From Spirochaetes bacterium ADurb.BinA120 (lineage in GTDB: Bacteria > Spirochaetota > UBA4802 > UBA5368): a stretch of DNA of 64,000 bases. The position numbers and the translations under genes are program-made. The notes beneath the pieces were generated by a model. That model made no database searches and was not told the DNA's origin. It worked only from the letters and a program-made list of their open reading frames with translations. The stretch is from NCBI GenBank assembly GCA_002069125.1, contig MVZN01000001.1, positions 71,696 to 135,695 on the forward strand, written 5' to 3'. Shown here one piece after another: positions 59,178-64,000 of this stretch (position 1 is the stretch's first letter; each line of letters starts with the position of its first letter).

Positions 59178-60362
59178 GTGAATACGAAAAATCCCCTGCT
59201 GAAAGAGGCGCTGCGACTGGCCGGCTTGAAGCGGCACGAGGATGCCGTACTTGTCCTGGAAAGACTGGCCGCGGCCGCGCATCCAGACCCTCATGCGCTT
59301 TTCCTTCTCGCGGTGGAGTATCTGCAGTCCGGCGCCATCGGCAGGATAGAGCCGGTTCTTAATAGACTGCGCTCTCTGGACCGAAATTATCCTCCTCTGG
59401 TACGGTTGGAACTCTTCCTCTACCTGAAAGGCGCCGAAAGCGCGGCGGCCGCCCTTACCCGCTATATCGAGGCGATACAACGCTTTCCAAACGACAGACA
59501 TATCATTCGCGCCGTATCCGCGATACGCAGGGCGCATGATTTCGTTGAATTCCAGCGCTCAGCCCGCCTGAACGATTTTGTTCCGCTCCAAATACCTACT
59601 GATAGGCGCAGGGGCGTTATCCCCGCGATAAGTAAACCTGGACGCAGCCGTGTTTTCCGAAGATGGCTTCCAGCCGCAATCGCCGTCATCTCCATTTGCG
59701 TCTTTGTATTCATCGGCCTGCGTTACGGGCGGGTTTTGGTCGGCCTGATTGACCCCTACACGAAACGCCCCTCGAGGGATTTCAACCGAATCGATATGGC
59801 GACAATCGACGGCAGCAGGCACGATCTGATCGATAAGATACGAAGGGAACGTACACCGGTATTCTATTATTCGAATGAAGAGGTCGTTGCCGATTTCAAT
59901 AACGCCCGCTCTTTGCTTAAAAAGGAACTTTATAACGAGGCCCTTCTCCTCATTAACAAAATACTGAACAGTAACGCGGGATTTTCCGTCAAGGAGAGGG
60001 CGGAATTCCTGAAAAGTTACACCCTTTCGATCGAGGAGCGCGTATTCGAGCCGGTGGCATTCGACACGGTTGCCCGAAGTCCGTACCTGTACGGCGGGTT
60101 CTCCGTGGAATGGAGCGGAACCGCGGCCAACGTAAAGAGAAAGGACGGAAAACTCATATTCAATCTGATGATGGGCAAGGGACCGGCAAATACCTTTACC
60201 GGGATCGCGGACGTCTATTGCGAAAGGGATGTGCGGGATCTAGTCAATGGGGATGTCGTACTGATCAGGGCCCTGTTTGTTAACAATCCGGGCGGATATA
60301 ATCGGCCATACCTGGTCGCCAGGGAGGTGCGGCTTAAAGACGGTGGGAGCACCGGAAGATGA
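59178..60362 (+). CDS. hypothetical protein with N-terminal TPR-like helical region, one TM helix and a C-terminal domain
   Basis: 394 aa, coupled (ATGA) to the DUF362 gene. Confidence 0.5.
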   Translation: MNTKNPLLKEALRLAGLKRHEDAVLVLERLAAAAHPDPHALFLLAVEYLQSGAIGRIEPVLNRLRSLDRNYPPLVRLELFLYLKGAESAAAALTRYIEAIQRFPNDRHIIRAVSAIRRAHDFVEFQRSARLNDFVPLQIPTDRRRGVIPAISKPGRSRVFRRWLPAAIAVISICVFVFIGLRYGRVLVGLIDPYTKRPSRDFNRIDMATIDGSRHDLIDKIRRERTPVFYYSNEEVVADFNNARSLLKKELYNEALLLINKILNSNAGFSVKERAEFLKSYTLSIEERVFEPVAFDTVARSPYLYGGFSVEWSGTAANVKRKDGKLIFNLMMGKGPANTFTGIADVYCERDVRDLVNGDVVLIRALFVNNPGGYNRPYLVAREVRLKDGGSTGR

Positions 60363-61528
60363 CGGCGAAGACCCGTGTTTCCATACGCCGTTGCGAAGGG
60401 TATGATGATAATGAACTCGATGAAGCATTCGTACGGGCACTCCACGATATCGGGTTCGATTCCGGGCGGTTTCGCGGCGCCCGCGTCGCTCTCAAGCCGA
60501 ATTTATTGAACGCCAGCGCTCCCGACAAAGCGGTGGTTACCAATCCTGCGTTCTTCGCGGCGGCCGTCCGCATAGTGAAGGCCCACGGCGGAACCCCTGT
60601 TCTTGTGGAGTCCCCTGCCTTCCAGAGCCTCGAAAGGGTCGCCGCGAAAACAGGTTACGATGCGATCATTGCCGCCGAGAGACTGGAGGTGTGGGACAAC
60701 AGGTCCGTTGCGGTTATCATGAACGACGAGGCAAGGAGGTTTAAAAGGTTCGAGGTCGCCAGGCCGCTCCTGGAGGCGGACATTCTGTTTAACCTGCCTA
60801 AACTCAAGACACACGCCATAACGCGGCTGACCTGCGCTGTTAAAAATCTTTTCGGGACGATACCGGGTCTTGCCAAATCGAGATGGCATATGAGGGCCGG
60901 AACCGGGGATGAGTTCCCGGAATTGATACTGGATCTTTACGGTGCGCTCTCGGCCATCTTCTCCGGAAAAAGAAGCATGCTTCACCTGGTGGATGGAATT
61001 ATGGGGATGGAGGGGGATGGGCCCGGCCCTTCCGGTACGCCGCGAAAAATCGGCGTGGTGCTTGCCGGCACCGACGCCGTCGCGGTGGACAGTGTTGCCG
61101 CCGGACTGATCGGTCTCGATTCCGCCAATATCGCCACCATAAGCTCGGCCGCGGCGAGGGGACTCGGTGTCGGAAGAATGGAAGACATCGAGATAAAAGG
61201 AGTAGAGCTTCTTGACATAGCGGTTCGGGATTTCAAAGTGCCCGCTTCCAGGCTTTCCTCCCGCCTCCGGGATTACGTGCTAAAGATGGATGCTCTCCGC
61301 AATCTCTGGGTGGAAAAGCCCTTGCCCTCGCCGGACCGTTGTACGCTGTGCTATCAGTGCAGGACCATCTGCCCGGCGGAGGCCATCGGGACTGCGGAGG
61401 ACGGAGCAAGCGTTCCGAAATATGATTATACGGCGTGTATAAGATGTTATTGCTGCATGGAGATATGCCCCGAGGCGGCCATACGCCTCGAGAAGGGAAA
61501 ACTTCAGCGGATCATGGACTGGTTTTAA
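60359..61528 (+). CDS. DUF362-domain protein with C-terminal 2x[4Fe-4S] ferredoxin domain
   Basis: two CxxCxxCxxxCP motifs at C-terminus (CTLCYQCRTICP, CIRCYCCMEICP). Confidence 0.75.
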   Translation: MTAKTRVSIRRCEGYDDNELDEAFVRALHDIGFDSGRFRGARVALKPNLLNASAPDKAVVTNPAFFAAAVRIVKAHGGTPVLVESPAFQSLERVAAKTGYDAIIAAERLEVWDNRSVAVIMNDEARRFKRFEVARPLLEADILFNLPKLKTHAITRLTCAVKNLFGTIPGLAKSRWHMRAGTGDEFPELILDLYGALSAIFSGKRSMLHLVDGIMGMEGDGPGPSGTPRKIGVVLAGTDAVAVDSVAAGLIGLDSANIATISSAAARGLGVGRMEDIEIKGVELLDIAVRDFKVPASRLSSRLRDYVLKMDALRNLWVEKPLPSPDRCTLCYQCRTICPAEAIGTAEDGASVPKYDYTACIRCYCCMEICPEAAIRLEKGKLQRIMDWF

Positions 61529-61686
61529 GGCGGTGAAAGAGGGAGGGTGCTCAGCGAGGTTTTTTCTTTTTTCTGAGATAGTGATATATCAAATTTTCAG
61601 ATGATGAAAGAACCCGGTGCCCATGTCGGCTGCGCCCTTGAAACAAAGAGAATAAGGGTTTTTGGGGACGGATAAAATACCGCCTT

Positions 61687-61698
61687 GCAATTGCAAAT
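61687..61698. promoter_or_regulatory. 12-bp perfect palindrome TTGCAATTGCAA upstream of ridA
   Basis: self-complementary 12-mer ~20 nt upstream of the ridA start. Confidence 0.35.
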
Positions 61699-61720
61699 TT
61701 TTTCCTAAAGGAGCAAAAAA

Positions 61721-62101
61721 TTGAAAAAGATAATATCCTCAAACAAGGCCCCGAGGGCCATAGGGCCGTATTCACAGGCGGTTCTGGCGGGCAATTTACT
61801 GTTTATTTCAGGGCAGCTGCCGCTGGACCCGGAAAGCATGAAAATCAAAGGAGCCACCGCCGCCGAGCAGGCCGAACAGGTATTCAAGAATATTGATGCC
61901 ATACTGAAGGAGGCCGGGCTGGGGTTTAATCATGTTGCCAAAATGACCGTCCTGTTGAAAGATATGGCCGATTTTACCGCGGTTAATGAAGTCTACGCGC
62001 GGCAGTTTACGGGCGATTACCCGGCACGCGCCGCGTATCAGGTCGGCGCCCTGCCAATGGGGGCGCTGGTCGAAATAGAGGCTATCGCCATTATACAGTG
62101 A
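61721..62101 (+). CDS. ridA: RidA/YjgF family reactive-intermediate deaminase
   Basis: 126 aa; AAGGAG RBS; TTG start. Confidence 0.9.
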   Translation: MKKIISSNKAPRAIGPYSQAVLAGNLLFISGQLPLDPESMKIKGATAAEQAEQVFKNIDAILKEAGLGFNHVAKMTVLLKDMADFTAVNEVYARQFTGDYPARAAYQVGALPMGALVEIEAIAIIQ

Positions 62102-62287
62102 GACTTCAATACTACGAGTGAAAGGCCGTTTTGGATAGCATAATACCTCCGGGGAAAGCCCGGCGCGCAACCTTTGGCGAGAGAGGCGGCAATCCGTTTC
62201 CGGAATAAAAACTCCATTTTATCGAAGGCCGATATTTCTATTGACACTTCTGCCAGTTTTGGTGTTATTGTAAAAGCGGTGTACGAC

Positions 62288-62440
62288 ATGAAAAGAAAAA
62301 AGGATGACAGGAAAAAATTGTTGAAGTCCATACGAACGGGGATACGCCTAAAAACGCCTCCGCCCAAAAAAATTGCGCCCGAAACGGTATACAACAGAAA
62401 AAAGAACAGGCCCGTCGAGATTGACGGGCCTTATTCGTAA
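62288..62440 (+). CDS. possible small highly basic protein (~50 aa, K/R-rich)
   Basis: internal ATG of track ORF 62174..62440 preceded by a TTGACA-N17-TTATTG promoter-like element. Confidence 0.25.
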   Translation: MKRKKDDRKKLLKSIRTGIRLKTPPPKKIAPETVYNRKKNRPVEIDGPYS

Positions 62441-62532
62441 TAGCCAGAAAGCCCATATTGGAGCTTTCCGGAGGACCGGGAGGATTTGCGGGTGATATTA
62501 CTCCCATTCGCGATGGAGTAGGGGCATATCCC

Positions 62533-62994
62533 ATGAACACCAGCAGGCAAAAAGCCAAACGGCTAAACGATTTCGTGCTTCAGAAAATGGAAGAGGCGCG
62601 GATCATCGGTTACGCCAAAACGCCCTATGGAATGTCGACGGCCGGAGAGCGCCTGGATAGATGGCGGTCCCTGGGTATGCACCATGAGCTCCTTACACGC
62701 TACCATGGCTTCGCTGAATTCGCCCCAACCAATTATATCGACATTCGGGTTCCGGTTACGGCCACCGGAGCGCGCCCTAATGATGCGGAAGAACAACCTT
62801 ATTTCTGGAATGGTATGATAAACGAATATGTAGCGGAGATGGCGGTGTGGTGGGCCTTCGATCTTCTCACACCGGGCGAGGCTGTGGAATTCATGCTTGC
62901 CCACAAGCCTTCTGTCCAGTTCGGTTATATGGAGGGGCGAAGGAGGGATGAGCTAAGCGTTCAATTTGAAAATGGTTTGTGGATAGTCCGGTAA
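62533..62994 (+). CDS. hypothetical protein
   Basis: ATG with GGAGTAGGGG RBS inside track ORF 62458..62994. Confidence 0.45.
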   Translation: MNTSRQKAKRLNDFVLQKMEEARIIGYAKTPYGMSTAGERLDRWRSLGMHHELLTRYHGFAEFAPTNYIDIRVPVTATGARPNDAEEQPYFWNGMINEYVAEMAVWWAFDLLTPGEAVEFMLAHKPSVQFGYMEGRRRDELSVQFENGLWIVR

Positions 62995-63127
62995 GCATTA
63001 AACTGTCGGCAAAGCCACTGCTCTGCTTATGGGATCGAAAAAGCAAAAAGGACCGAAAAGGATTGCCGGGATCGCGGAGAATATGCATCCCAGCCCGAAG
63101 TCTATGAGCGGCAATCATAAAAAACAA

Positions 63128-63152
63128 AAAGGACGGAAACCTTACCGTCCTT
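63128..63152 (-). terminator. rho-independent terminator (ggacgg-N8-ccgtcc + U-tract) on minus strand, immediately 3' of the tRNA-like fragment
   Basis: minus-strand reading: cgtgaaaGGACGGtaaggtttCCGTCCtttttgtttttt. Confidence 0.8.
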
Positions 63153-63157
63153 TCACG

Positions 63158-63210
63158 TAGCGGAGGAGGGACTCGAACCCCCGACACGCGGATTATGATC
63201 CACAAAACCA
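63158..63210 (-). other. tRNA 3'-end fragment (canonical T-arm GGGGG-TTCGAGT-CCCTC plus acceptor 3' strand; no complementary 5' acceptor strand found): displaced tRNA 3' remnant / att-like site
   Basis: minus-strand ...gtcgggggttcgagtccctcctccgct-a matches the tRNA T-stem/T-loop/acceptor layout. The 5' partner (agcggag-like) is absent within 100 nt, so this is not an intact tRNA. Confidence 0.6.
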
Positions 63211-63370
63211 CGTCGCCTGTTAAGTATTACCGCCTTATACAGTACTACCAGAGGCCGAAAAAGTCAATAATTAATTGTTAAAAGTCGGAAAATGGAATTG
63301 CATTTTTTACGATGTTCTCATAGCGTTCTCATGGTATAGTTGAGTCGAATAGAGCGTTTCACTCCCGGGG

Positions 63371-63736
63371 CTACTTCCATTGAATATCCATGTGGTCGCC
63401 GTTGATAAGCATTTTGCAGTGTGACAGAATCGACATGCCGAGTATAAAGTGGATTCCGTTCGGGAGACTGCTTACGCGGATTATGGGGGATTTGCGCCGT
63501 TTACCATCGAATTCGATGTCGCTGATATAGGTAAACGCGTTGCGAGTCTGCATGTCGATGGTGCTGACGCGATCCCAGCTTATGGGCCTGATCTGAAGAG
63601 TGGTAATGACCTCATAGGTACAGGCGCAGGTCATGCTCCCCGTGTCGATTAGTCCCCTAAGGTTCCTTTTCTTTTTCTTGCCGATAACGACGACATCGAA
63701 TTCGAAAAGACCATTTGAGCTGCGCCTGACAATCAT
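63371..63736 (-). CDS. retropepsin-like (clan AA) aspartic protease, single domain
   Basis: 121 aa with LIDTGS catalytic motif and ILGMSIL flap/dimerisation region. Confidence 0.75.
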   Translation of the reverse strand: MIVRRSSNGLFEFDVVVIGKKKKRNLRGLIDTGSMTCACTYEVITTLQIRPISWDRVSTIDMQTRNAFTYISDIEFDGKRRKSPIIRVSSLPNGIHFILGMSILSHCKMLINGDHMDIQWK

Positions 63737-63742
63737 GTCGTG

Positions 63743-63988
63743 CTAAAGCGTAACAAGGGAAGAGAGTATCGTGATTTCCATCGAGACCTTTTTGACGGCG
63801 AAACCGACATCCTCGCCGAATTTCTTTATGCCGATAGCGACGCACTCGTCCAGTGTGTCGCAAAAGTGGGCCTCTCCGTCGTTGAAAGCGACGTGCTTTC
63901 CTTTGTGTTCTTTCATGTAGCCCGGAAGCACATCGTTGAGCTTGATGCTGTTGATCATCACTTCCGATTCGAGCTTTTTGAGGTTCAT
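63743..63988 (-). CDS. small protein of unknown function (81 aa) encoded immediately upstream of the retropepsin-like gene
   Basis: GGAGG RBS; 6-nt gap to the protease gene (operon). Confidence 0.55.
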   Translation of the reverse strand: MNLKKLESEVMINSIKLNDVLPGYMKEHKGKHVAFNDGEAHFCDTLDECVAIGIKKFGEDVGFAVKKVSMEITILSSLVTL

Positions 63989-64000
63989 AGTGTCCTCCCC

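Noticed and set aside
63158-63260. Intact tRNA gene on the minus strand (T-arm GGGGGTTCGAGTCCCTC is textbook)
   Set aside because: Could not pair the acceptor 3' strand (CTCCGCT) with any 7-mer in the ~100 nt upstream, and no consistent D-arm or anticodon stem. A CAT-containing 8-nt loop candidate has a mismatched stem. Interpreted as a tRNA 3' remnant instead.
63158-63560. tmRNA (ssrA), one-piece or permuted, ending in the tRNA-like 3' end
   Set aside because: No 5' acceptor complement, no ANDENYALAA-type tag reading frame in the upstream 300 nt, and the region is occupied by a credible protease ORF.
1-64000. CRISPR array or other tandem direct-repeat arrays
   Set aside because: No regularly spaced direct repeats were seen in any intergenic region on either strand.

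Overview
This is a GC-rich bacterial chromosomal segment, probably from an anaerobe or microaerophile. The backbone is dense housekeeping and stress-response genes.

Backbone content, in order:
- hrcA-grpE-dnaK-dnaJ heat-shock operon with a perfect CIRCE operator.
- pepA and RNase R.
- A long minus-strand O2/ROS-detoxification run: rubredoxin (missing from the ORF track), cydAB, desulfoferrodoxin and rubrerythrin.
- Endonuclease V.
- A glycine-cleavage and lipoylation supercluster: a NOX/CoADR-like flavoprotein, gcvT, gcvH, gcvPA, gcvPB, lipA and a split lplB/lplA.
- An HD-GYP phosphodiesterase.
- An oppABC-like peptide ABC transporter with no ATPase genes.
- A cluster of secreted and signalling proteins: lipoprotein, PPP phosphatase, FGE-domain protein, EEP nuclease/phosphatase and a SpoIIE-TPR sensor.
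- NrnA, AsmA, a CHASE2 adenylate cyclase, argS, cinA, a large TPR protein, aroQ, pepP, efp, a DUF362-ferredoxin protein and ridA.

Two regions look horizontally acquired.
- About 36025-38150 is a ~2.1 kb strongly AT-rich islet directly after oppC. It encodes a beta-class (SPPY...FxGSGT) N4/N6 DNA methyltransferase with an unusual C-terminal staphylococcal-nuclease-like domain. Overlapping it is a 210-aa protein with a PD-(D/E)xK-like D...QxK motif, consistent with an atypical restriction-modification-like module. A structured inverted-repeat leader precedes it.
- At the right edge, 63128-64000 holds a displaced tRNA 3'-end fragment (T-arm plus acceptor strand) with its own terminator, followed by AT-rich DNA and a retropepsin-like protease plus small-protein gene pair. 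This looks like an attR-type junction of an integrated element that extends beyond the window.

Other notable signals are perfect-consensus DnaA boxes (one single, one as a 22-bp perfect palindrome over an EEP gene promoter) and several operator-like palindromes.

The many long ORFs antisense to real genes are GC-rich frame artefacts.
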